NCBI GenBank assembly: GCA_964036045.1
Contig: OZ038378.1
Span: 1,984,001 to 2,048,000, forward strand
Direction: 5' to 3'
From: Eutreptiella sp. 'Long Island Sound 2002'
Taxonomy: Eukaryota; Protista; Euglenida
Length of the DNA stretch: 64,000 nt
Shown: positions 24,702 through 35,974 of the stretch, one piece after another
Position numbering within the stretch: position 1 is the stretch's first letter
Layout: the number at the start of each line of letters is the position of its first letter
Notes under the pieces: model-generated
What the model saw: only the letters and a program-made list of their open reading frames with translations
What the model was told of the DNA's origin: nothing
Database searches by the model: none
Program-made: the position numbers and the translations under genes

Positions 24702-25463
24702 ATGACAGATGTCATATACTTGCACAAACAATTTGTCTGCCTTCGTGAGAATGCAAATGGCACCGAACACCTGACCAACACACTGCTGCTGGCACAGAGT
24801 GTAGCGGTTGTTTTCGCTACATCAAAATCCCATCACAAATTGGCGCCCTTCTATGTGGCCGCCTTAACCGTGGCCGTGTGTATCTGCCGGTTCGTGACTC
24901 GAATACTAGGTGAACTGCCCAGACAGACACATAAAAATTTGCAAACCATTATTCGTCGAGAGACTGATGGGTTTTTATGCTTGCCGTATGTTTCACCTGC
25001 GACCAGTCGGAAGCTACAGGCTGATGATGAATGTGAATTTGGTGTGCGTTGCACACCTTCAATTGTCTCATTGTCGGCCTCCTGCCACAGGCCTCTAATA
25101 ATGCTGCATCAAAGAATTGTGGAGGACACCAAACGCGCAAATGGGCAAATGACATTTTATCAGGGCCTTGCATCAGTGGCTGAAATTGTTGGACTATTGT
25201 TGATGGCATGTGCCAGTGCATGTATAATGCTCACAACCACAACCACAACGCCCAATGAAACACCGGTACTGTGTGCACTTGTATGTTCAACTGCAGGAAC
25301 CGCATGTATTGGCTATGCATGTTACTTGTACCACGAGGGTGTTGAATGTTCTCACCGACATCAGAAACTGTCTGATTACCTTATACAATACAATCAATAC
25401 ACTCAGGAGAGGGCACCCCAAACAGGGGAGGCTCAGCCCAACGGTTGCCATAGCACAACATAA
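24702..25463 (+). CDS. Hypothetical 4-TM protein (two 2-TM modules, SLATT-like layout)
   Basis: Intact 253-aa ORF. Each helix pair is followed by an amphipathic H-containing segment (THKNLQTIIRRE; SHRHQKLSDYL). Confidence 0.65.
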   Translation: MTDVIYLHKQFVCLRENANGTEHLTNTLLLAQSVAVVFATSKSHHKLAPFYVAALTVAVCICRFVTRILGELPRQTHKNLQTIIRRETDGFLCLPYVSPATSRKLQADDECEFGVRCTPSIVSLSASCHRPLIMLHQRIVEDTKRANGQMTFYQGLASVAEIVGLLLMACASACIMLTTTTTTPNETPVLCALVCSTAGTACIGYACYLYHEGVECSHRHQKLSDYLIQYNQYTQERAPQTGEAQPNGCHSTT

Positions 25464-25727
25464 TGACACTTTTTTTGTTTTCGGCCCGTATGACTTTCTG
25501 AGCAGTATAAATGCAACCACAATCAACCCGCCCACGAAAATTATCTTCGAAGCCCCTGAAAATATTTTGCCTACGGGATTTGGGGGGCCACCCTCAGCGA
25601 CACTATAGCCCACAACGGCCCCTGCACCGGCAGCACCGGCTGCTACCTTTCCCTTACCGATGCCCGAAAATGCAGCACCAATGCGCGCTGTTGCCGGTGC
25701 AAATGCAGTCCCGATGCGTGCCCACAT
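25287..25727 (-). CDS. Small Gly/Ala-rich protein with TM helix and basic tail
   Basis: ATG after aaaaaaaagaaaaggcaac. MWARIGTAF...KIIFVGGLIVVAFILLRKSYGPKTKK. The part beyond about 25460 overlaps the convergent gene and may be a read-through artefact. Confidence 0.6.
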   Translation of the reverse strand: MWARIGTAFAPATARIGAAFSGIGKGKVAAGAAGAGAVVGYSVAEGGPPNPVGKIFSGASKIIFVGGLIVVAFILLRKSYGPKTKKVSLCCAMATVGLSLPCLGCPLLSVLIVLYKVIRQFLMSVRTFNTLVVQVTCIANTCGSCS

Positions 25728-25869
25728 GTTGCCTTTTCTTTTTTCTTTCTGTCAAACATCTCTTGTGGTTGGGCAAACGTCACCTGACCCTGCTTGTACT
25801 GCCGGATAGTCCTGCACCAAGTCTTTCGAGATCATTCACCACATCATTCTCCAGGTCATCCCCCCGCTG

Positions 25870-26190
25870 TTAACACCCAGGGCTACACACCCTTGGGCAA
25901 GACCACCCCCGGTCGGTGGCGTATGATCTGTATACCGTATGGTACCCAGTGCCCACAAAAAATTCTGACCTTACACCACATATGCTACAGGCTTCGTTGT
26001 GTTGGTTGTCATAATCAAAACAACCGGGCCACACGATACCCCAGACCATTTCCTCCTGTCCAAGGAACGTCAATACGAACAGAAAGACGTCGCGTGGTAA
26101 TCGTCTCAACGGTGTAAGAATCTGCTGCCTCCTTGTGGATGCTCTCTTACGGCGGAGCAGTGGAGCCCAATAGCCATAGGTAGACAACAT
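25870..26190 (-). CDS. Small protein with F-box-like motif and Cys cluster
   Basis: LRRLPRDVFLFVLTFLG matches the F-box LPxDxxxxILxFL pattern. CSIC and CPRVC follow. Confidence 0.5.
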   Translation of the reverse strand: MLSTYGYWAPLLRRKRASTRRQQILTPLRRLPRDVFLFVLTFLGQEEMVWGIVWPGCFDYDNQHNEACSICGVRSEFFVGTGYHTVYRSYATDRGWSCPRVCSPGC

Positions 26191-26293
26191 AGAAACAACA
26201 ACTTGTTGGGGGAACAGGAGGAGCATCTAAGGGTTGACCAAACGTTCCTTGGTCCCCACTGCATGACTGTAGAGTGGTCATTATAAAATAAAA

Positions 26294-26857
26294 ATGACGA
26301 TTGTTCGAATTTATGTTGCCAGCTTCAATGCTGCACATGTTGTGCAGACATTTATGAGGGAGATTTACGGCATTGATCTATCACAAAACCATATCCTAAC
26401 ACCCGATGTGAGCGACTTTTATCGGGACAAGGCAATGAGCATTCACAGTATCAGTGACTGGTATTATAGGAAGACAGGGAGGACACCACGCATTGTCTTC
26501 TTCGACGATGACAAAAATAACATCAGCGCTGTTGAAAATTTGAAAAAAAAGTCTGGACGGTCCCACCTGATTCAGGCAAAACATGTTCTGCACTGTGGCC
26601 TGACACCCGAATTTTTCCACAAACACCTTGCAGAAAGTCTGATATTTTTTCGAAATCAGGGGCACGAGGGTGACGTTATTTTGGTTTTTGACTTTGATTG
26701 CACACTGACTAATTGGCACGTTGCCAACTTGCAACAGATAGGGAGACGACGCACCAACAAACAGAGGAGGCGTGTTGTGGCAGAGCACAGTGCGATGGCA
26801 CAGATTCTCAAAGGGATTTTGGAACACACCCAAAAACAACATGATCTCAGGCGATAG
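26294..26857 (+). CDS. HAD-superfamily phosphatase-like protein with permuted motif order
   Basis: IYVASFN (motif II) comes first, IVFFDDDKNNI (motif IV) is central, and LVFDFDCTLT (motif I, DxDxT) is C-terminal. ATG follows ttataaaataaaa. Confidence 0.8.
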   Translation: MTIVRIYVASFNAAHVVQTFMREIYGIDLSQNHILTPDVSDFYRDKAMSIHSISDWYYRKTGRTPRIVFFDDDKNNISAVENLKKKSGRSHLIQAKHVLHCGLTPEFFHKHLAESLIFFRNQGHEGDVILVFDFDCTLTNWHVANLQQIGRRRTNKQRRRVVAEHSAMAQILKGILEHTQKQHDLRR

Positions 26858-27068
26858 TAATGGGGTGTTTCCTCCCAAACTGACACGCGCACTCACAATC
26901 CAGAATTCTTTTAATTGTGTCTTGCCCGCAGACTACACACTGCGGTTTGTCAACACGGGAATGGGAACATGCAAAATGAACTGTTACCCGCCACGTACAT
27001 GATGTGCACCGGGTGAGTCTTGACCGACCACTTCGATACATTGTTTTATCACAGATTTTACACTGCAT
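26847..27068 (-). CDS. C4HC3 (RING-variant/PHD-type) zinc-finger protein, 73 aa
   Basis: CKIC-x14-CTSC-x6-HFAC-x9-CVVC. Convergent 11-bp overlap with the HAD gene. Confidence 0.7.
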   Translation of the reverse strand: MQCKICDKTMYRSGRSRLTRCTSCTWRVTVHFACSHSRVDKPQCVVCGQDTIKRILDCECACQFGRKHPITIA

Positions 27069-27511
27069 GGTGAAACAGACCTGTTTGCACGTCAGTGGCA
27101 TTTTGGCCTTTTCTTTGTCACACACTTTGTTTTACCGTTGTTTCACAGACCACATCCTACAGCGAAAGCGCGAGAAACAAGACAGAGCCAATACCATTCA
27201 AGTGACCTGCAGTTGTCAGAGTCAATTCAGTGGGACGTGGACATGCGGACATGCGAAACATGCGAACATGACACGCTGAACTCAATAAGTGAAAGTCAAA
27301 AGGCATGTAAACACATAGAAGTCCAAACCATGCCCCGGTCAGTGTCGTTGCTGGCGAGGCTACAGAGGCTACAGAGGGAAAAAGCATGTCAATTACACCG
27401 GCAGCTCCTGCAATCCCATCAGCGGAATGTTGAAATGCTCTAGAGTCCAGCAAGAACCCAAGAACCTGAGTCTGACTTACCAAGAAGGTTGAAAAAGCAC
27501 ATATGCACGTA

Positions 27512-27516
<5 letters not shown>

Positions 27517-27577
<61 letters not shown>
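27517..27577. repeat. (TA)n microsatellite
   Basis: Pure TA run. Confidence 0.98.
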
Positions 27578-29025
<1,448 letters not shown>

Positions 29026-29045
29026 CCCTAACCTGCTCTCTGGAG

Positions 29046-29279
29046 TCACCGTCCTGGGCTTACAGTAGGATGGAAGACGTTGCAGAGTTCTGCAGCGCGG
29101 GGCCTTTTCCGTTGACCAGAAACTGTACATCGTAGGTCCATATCATACCAGAGCTTGTTCTCCAGGTTTTCCAAGCAGTACTCAGCATCTTCAACATTGC
29201 TGAATTCCAGCAGCAGTGTACTTCCATCATCGTATCCTGCAGCACAAACAAAGCACATTGAGGCATCCCCAATCACCAC
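29046..29279 (-). pseudogene. RRM C-terminal half (RNP1-helix-beta4) fragment
   Basis: [33 protein letters not shown] fits the RRM pattern xVEFxxxEDAxxAxxxLxGxxxxGxxLxV. Confidence 0.55.
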
Positions 29280-29340
29280 ATCTCGATCGACGTGCTCTAA
29301 TTGAACGGAGACGGCTCATGGGCTGACTACAGGGTCTCAG

Positions 29341-29824
29341 GTGCACACCTGCTGTCCACGGGAATACGACATGGTCCAGCAGCAGCTCCACACCAACGAA
29401 TGTACAGATGTAGTTCGGGACATGTTGCGGTACTGTGTTGTAGAACGTTGGTCTGTGGAAAACATGAACACAGATGCGGCTTTTGCGCCGTCGTTCCACA
29501 TCAGCACTGAAAGGGAAAAGGTACAGGATGGCTGGAAAAAGTACAGGCTGGAAAGAGGAGCACCCGTTGTTGCACATACTTGTACAGAGTATTCACTGTC
29601 ACCGAAGTGTTCTCCGTATAATCACCATTCGCGTGTTCAATAACTACGGAGAATGTCTGAATCCTCCTGCCAAGGACATCAACATCATCCGGTGCAGCGC
29701 CGTACGCCGGTGTATACGTCTTGCAATAGGTGCACAAGCAAAACACATTCAAGATCTCCAATATCAAACAATATTCTCCGTCATCGCATTGTGGGCTGGG
29801 CTGGTCTATGGGCTTGGAAAGTGA
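29341..29824 (+). pseudogene. Possible frameshifted tail-anchored protein
   Basis: ORF 29341-29643 would join 29474-29824 near 29630, ending in hydrophobic IFSVIALWAGLVYGLGK. An antisense ORF (29501-29905) is an alternative. Confidence 0.3.
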
Positions 29825-32603
29825 TCTTACATGATGGCTTGCAAATACATCTAGCACCGCCAAGGACAATACTAGCGCCATCATTATTCTATCTATAGAG
29901 GACAAGTACGAGGCTATGATTGTTGATTCCGTTTCAACTTCCCGTTGCTCCTTTTTAGGGCGCGATATGGTGGTCTACCCATTTTTTGAGAAGATTTCAA
30001 CAAGGTGCGGGGGTGCTGCTTTGGAGCTCCAATGGCGGAGGCCAAGGATGCATTTAATGTTGGCGCCATTCGGGGGGTCCGGGTCCGGGGTGGGGGGGGG
30101 GGGGGCTCATTTTTTGTTCGTCGTTACTAAAAAACTTAAAGGGCCATGGTGGAAAAGTGCAAACTTGAAAAATGTGGTGGCCAAGTAAGGTGGCTACAGT
30201 GGAATGTCGTGTGTTCCATACGGCAAAGTGACTGTGTCTGCTAGTTTTTTGCGAATGCTAGCACGTGTGCACTGTTTCTGTATGCCGTTGTCTCAGGCCC
30301 TTTCGTTCTTTTTTTGTCACAATGGGCCGCAACAAAATTTCTTACACATGTGATCCAACCTAGAAGAGAGATGCTGCATGCAGGCAGCCGCATAGTGCCA
30401 GCGGTTGTGGCACGGATAGTGACCGTGATAATGAGACGTCAAGTAGTCGTAGCTGCAGCGAGCAAGACCCTTTTTTGACTTGGAGTGATGACAGTGAATG
30501 ACATTGAACGCCCCTGAGTGACATTCGCAATGGTCCATACACAGCGCACTTTGCGTGTCAATTGTGTTGTGTATCCCATGTTGCATCATCACTTCCGCTC
30601 CCATGCACATGTGCGGGCAGAGGGCTGCACAAAACGGCCAGTTGTGGGTCACGTTTTTTGTGACCAAATGTCGTGACCTTTTTTGTGACCAAGGGGTGGG
30701 GTATCCATCCTTGGCGGGGGCAAAGGGGTGGGGGGTAATACAAGGTGGTTGGGGCATGTTCATTCAAAAGCTGCAGTGCACCAGCACATCTCCCCGTTAT
30801 CCTCTTTGTCTTTTTGGGGCACCGATTGCAAAAGGATAGTGTAAACGTCGGGGATACAGGTGGATATTCATTCAAGAGCAATGGAAGGGAGAACCAAAAT
30901 GTGATGTAATCAAAGTGGACAACTTATAGCAACCTGTGTACAGTTGCTGCAAATATCAATTTCGGGCACGGGATGGGGAGTGTTTGCGGACACAAATGGG
31001 CTTTTGTTTGTTTGTGCGGTTGCGTGCCCACTCTTGTTGGCTGCTCGCCATCCGCCATTGGTTAGACTACAAACAATGTTTGTCAAGATATCTAGACCCT
31101 GCGATAATACCCGATAACGGGATAAGGCAGCTAGCCATCATCCATGCATGATCTGATGGACAACACCAATGAGCTTGATGCTTGATCTCCGGACCACGCA
31201 TGGACATCTTCTAGATTGTTTTCTAATCATCTATGGATCGTGTATGGACGAGTGCTGCATCATATTTGTATGCCGTGAACCATGCCTGCATGATCCATGA
31301 CCACCGATGGACATCTCCCGAAATGTGTGTGGGTCATATATGGGCAAGGTGTGCATCATGTATACATGCTATGGATGCCCTTTGGATGGTCTTTGTGTAA
31401 GTTGTGGAATATGTGACTTCGTATCATGTTGTTGCATGGACAATCTATGGATCACCCTTGGACCACCAATTGCATGCAAAATCCATTGCATGGTGTGGGG
31501 CTCAACGATTGGATTGGAAATGGATAAGATTAAATATTTTGGGGCACTTGTGGGCCTCGATGCCATTCCAGGTATTTGGGGGGGGGGGTTTGATGGGGGT
31601 GCGGGTGGATTGCTTTTGTTCTTTGTTTTTGCAACCAAGCAAATCCAAAAAAACAAATGTGAAAACACATTGCCCTGCAACCAAGGTGAGTTAGCACATC
31701 CGGAGGGGCGGCAAGCACCATGGGGAGGCCACCAAACCCCACGCCATGACCCTTTGAGGGGTGTGGCTGGTCCAAGAGGTAGTCACATGAACACCATGCG
31801 GAGGCAAGCAGACTCACAACGATGACCTTTTCTAGTACATGGATGGTCAAGGAGATGGACGCATTGCCTTGCACAACATTTACAGGCACACAAACGCCAC
31901 GCGATAACCTCAGCCCACCAACACAACAACTTAACTACCCGCACTCGCACAACGCTTAAGATCCAATGAGAGAATTGTTCGCGAAACGGCATTGAAAGAA
32001 TCTTTTGTGTTGTATGGAATTATTTTCAAAGTGCAGCTGTTTCTTTTGTGTGACACAAAACGTGCTTGTAGCTCCTTTCGCAGGTGTGGTCATGACACTT
32101 TTGTGTCAGAGAACCAAAATGGAAGGCAACATAAATTTGGTATCCCACCCGCTTCCATGTAGCTGCTTTCCCTAGACCGCCTTGCCGCACCTTTGTAATC
32201 ACAGCGCTCTTGTCACGGTGAGAAATTGAAGTGTAGGTTTGCGTCCAAACCCCCAACAACCTGCGGTCTTGCACGCGGGAGGGGGGGGGGGGGGGGCTTT
32301 CTCGGCCTTTCGCTTGAAGCTCACTAACTCTGGTTGCAGCAGCAAATGCTGGTGCCAAAGCAAACATTTTTAACCACCCTTTTTGCTTTGACCGTGATGT
32401 GTGATTGGACAGCAATTGCCAGTATCACTCTCGCCCGCGACCCTTGATTCTGACCGGGTATGGCTGACAATCCCCGGTGTGATGCGATTACGAGTACAAG
32501 TACGAGGGTTTCGGGGCCCCATATGCTCCACACTCCCACATACTCGTCGTCACTCAACACAGGAACGAACATCGCTGCTTTTTGCGTGTTGTGTCGCCGC
32601 TAG

Positions 32604-33341
32604 TCATAAGCACTGGGCAAATCTCATAGAGCAGCCCTCTAGGTTGTGAAGACTTATCGTCAAAATCGTCAAGTCCCACGAAAATGTCCGCATTTTGCTC
32701 ATGTATTGATGGACACGACGGTCATTACCATCTGTCACACCAAGTACCCAAAAATGAGCTTGGAGGTTTCGGCAATTGGGATAGCAATTGTAGTCATACC
32801 AAAATTTTTGTGCCAACAATCGCCTTTTTGGTGTCTGTTTGTTGTAGTAGGCGACCTCGGCTGCTCCAAACAGAGTATCTAAATTCTGTTCCACATCGCT
32901 CCACCATTGCTGCAGTAGTGAAGCCCGAGAATCATCACTAGCAATAGGGCCCAATGGCAATGCAAGCATCTCTGCAGCGTTGCTGTTTCTGCCACTGCTG
33001 GCAGAGTTGCCTTGAGAGTGAAGCGGGGTCACAATGGCATGTGGCTGGTCATGACGGGCTGAGATGGGCTTGGAGCACAACGCAGTAGTGGTTATAGCAC
33101 TACTCGTTGCGGTAGTGGTGGACTTGGGCGCAGAAGGTGGTACAATAATATCAGAATTTGTGCAGGCATCACTACTAGTGTCAGCAGCACGAGCAACATC
33201 ATTTCTATCAAAAGCCACATCTGCTTCTTGGTGCTCAACATGGATTCTGAAAACCATGCAACGTTCATGGCCATCAGTTTCCTCCATAGCACCCCACTCC
33301 AGCTGTTGTTTCTGCCTTTTAATTCCCAATGGGGGTAACAT
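32604..33341 (-). CDS. Hypothetical protein, Thr/Ser-rich middle
   Basis: 245-codon ORF, non-ATG start in the track, no motif. Confidence 0.35.
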   Translation of the reverse strand: MLPPLGIKRQKQQLEWGAMEETDGHERCMVFRIHVEHQEADVAFDRNDVARAADTSSDACTNSDIIVPPSAPKSTTTATSSAITTTALCSKPISARHDQPHAIVTPLHSQGNSASSGRNSNAAEMLALPLGPIASDDSRASLLQQWWSDVEQNLDTLFGAAEVAYYNKQTPKRRLLAQKFWYDYNCYPNCRNLQAHFWVLGVTDGNDRRVHQYMSKMRTFSWDLTILTISLHNLEGCSMRFAQCL

Positions 33342-33865
33342 CTCCTTTTGAGGATTGTTGTTGCTAAATCACCGGGCTGATAGCATCCTGGCTCCCCTAA
33401 GAGGTGATTATACATCATGTTCTTTTACAATGTCTCACAAATTCGCCATTCACTCCGTCCTTCGATTCAAGTAACGCCTGATTAAGTCCCCATGTATTTG
33501 GTCCCAGTAAGGTGAAAGTCTTTTGATATCACAAGCATTTGTGGAAGTGCATGCCCGTGCATTTGAGCCTCAACACTATCTTGGATAGGCGCGTTGCCTC
33601 GGCATATTCCATAACGTCACCTCGCGACTTCGTGGTGTGTGGCTCGTCGAAGCAGCCGCGGGAAGGAGCCGGTAGTTTAGTGCGCCTTGCTTCGTTCACC
33701 GCCTTCCGGGGTATTCGCAGGCAACGCCGTGCATCGCTCACCATTTCCTTTATGTAGGTGCGGTCGTCCTCCCACCTTCCCACCAGGAGAGAGCGCGTGT
33801 TCCCCAAAATCTAGGAATGGAGGTGCAGCATAGTTGAGGTTTACCAGGGCTGGGGAGAGGAGCTC

Positions 33866-34504
33866 TTAGTGTTGTCGACAAAGCGCTCTCAAGCCATCTT
33901 CGCGGTTTTTGCTAGCGGTAAGGGGTGCCAACTGTGGGGCACCGGTGATCCATGATTGCGTAGAGCCCTTCTTCGCAAAAAAGGTCCTTCCAGTGCTTTG
34001 CCCAGCAAAAATTTGCCCGCTCAATTTGGTGTTTCCAACCAAACGTGGCCCACCACATGGGTAACGAACTGTAATCCTTCTATCTGTTACATGTGCCACA
34101 GTAAACTCTTTGTATGCCCGCTTTTGATCCAAATCTTTTGATTCACCATGCCAAGCCGAATCAACTGCACTGGAAGTAGTGGAGCTGGTCATACGAGTAG
34201 GCTGCACTTCATCGTTCCAAAGGTTTTCGATTAAGAAATTCGAACATGGGGCCTCATTTGCAATGACTGCAACAAAGGAGGCAATGCAGACAATTTGACC
34301 CTTCATGGCGCAGTAGCAAGCATCCGTGCCTCTAGGGGGGACCGCCAGCCCCGCCACCAGTGGCGGAAGCGGGACTCCAAGCAGTGCCGCTTCCATCAAC
34401 ATTGTTTCTTCAGGATCAACGAGACCATATGCGGGGAAAGTTGGAAGTGTGGCGCAATTCCACAACGAGACAAGTTCTGCTAGCATCCGCTCGCGGAACA
34501 CCAT
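33866..34504 (-). pseudogene. Possible degenerate DUF262/GmrSD-N (ParB-like) domain protein
   Basis: MLMEAALLGVPLPPLV...CYCAMKGQIV...FVAVIANE resembles LIESILLGIPIPPI...YxVxDGQQR...FIxNE, but the DGQQR motif is altered. Confidence 0.35.
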
Positions 34505-35974
34505 TCATGACAACGCGCACTTCAGAATTACAAGAAACGCCCCGTGATGCATGGGTGCCAGTTGCCTGGGGCCGCAGACACTCCGCCACAGTACCGTCGT
34601 GCTTCCGGGCCTTGAATGTTCGCCCTGTGCAGTCTTTTCAGAGACACTGTGGCGTGTGTTCCATTTGCCAATACAATGCACAGCTTCTCTTGCTCACGCA
34701 CGTGTGACTTGGCTAACACATAGCCTGTACCCAGTCCGTTATGTGCATTGCACACGAGGAATCCCCGTTAGAAAGTGAACACTACAGCAAAACCCTCCAA
34801 CCTTTCCATTGGGGTCTTCAAGTGGAGGGCAATATATATAGATGCTTGAAAGTGGAGTATTCAGGGGCATGCACTGCCAAGGGGGTATGGGGTTGTGGGT
34901 TTTTTTCTTGAATCTTGAAAAAAATATAGTGCCTTTACGCCGTGAGAGATCTTGACCTCCCATGCGCCTCCCTAGGCTTGTGCGGCATCTCTCCTTGTCC
35001 CCGCATCAAGCGCCCTTTGCCAGGTTGTTTTCCAAAACGACGCCCATTTGTCCCCAATAACTACCCCATACCGATGGTAATGCTAACAGAAGCCAGGGGG
35101 TTTTTTCGAGGGCCTTCCCACGATCCCCACGTGACCAATGGTCTTTGATCTGAAGTGACAACCTGGACGAACACGAACAATGGGGCCCAAACCGTGGTTC
35201 CCTCGAACGCTTTTTTGGTAGTTCTAGTAATATTGTTTGCAAACCGAGCCAATCAAGAAGAATGCCGACAGAGAGAGAAAGAGGGACACTTAAATGTTCG
35301 CATATCTGCATCAATTTGCAAGGCATCATCAATGTGTATGGACACCTCCCTTTCCAGAGCCCCTTGACTTCATTGTTGCTATGAACACTTGGGGGCATCA
35401 TCAATCTTGGCTTTATTGTGTTTGCCACTACGATGGGAGGGGCTTTTGCCTCAATACTGGTTACTATTCCTCAATTAATGTCTCTCTGTTACTCACAAGC
35501 AACATAACATCCTGCGGAGCAGATGGCCGTTCACACGTGCTACGTTGTTTTGCGGACTTCAAATTCCTAGTTTGCAATGATGTGGTTTTGCTATTCGATG
35601 TGTCCCCTCAACCTTTCAACAGGTAAGGAATATAGATTTTCAAATAGAGCACATCGTTTTTTGAGCGGATGTCTGTGAGATGTAGCCACATCGTGGTGCA
35701 ATGGCAACTCCTTGTTGCCAGTTCACGACTGAACCCATTGCATTGTGCAAGGATTTCCCTCCCAATTTGCCCTAACAGCCCCAACCTCACGTATGCTGTT
35801 TTGCCATCGATCACAAGGTTGCACCCATACCAAAGACCAAGGAAATAAGAGGTGGGAGCTCAAGTGCCTTTGGGTATCATTGATGCAAAGGAAAGTGCAA
35901 CAGTGGTGTTGGGATTGAAGAGGCGTGGTTAAAAACCCCGCACCCCGGATCTTTGCCATCGATCTAAGAGATCT

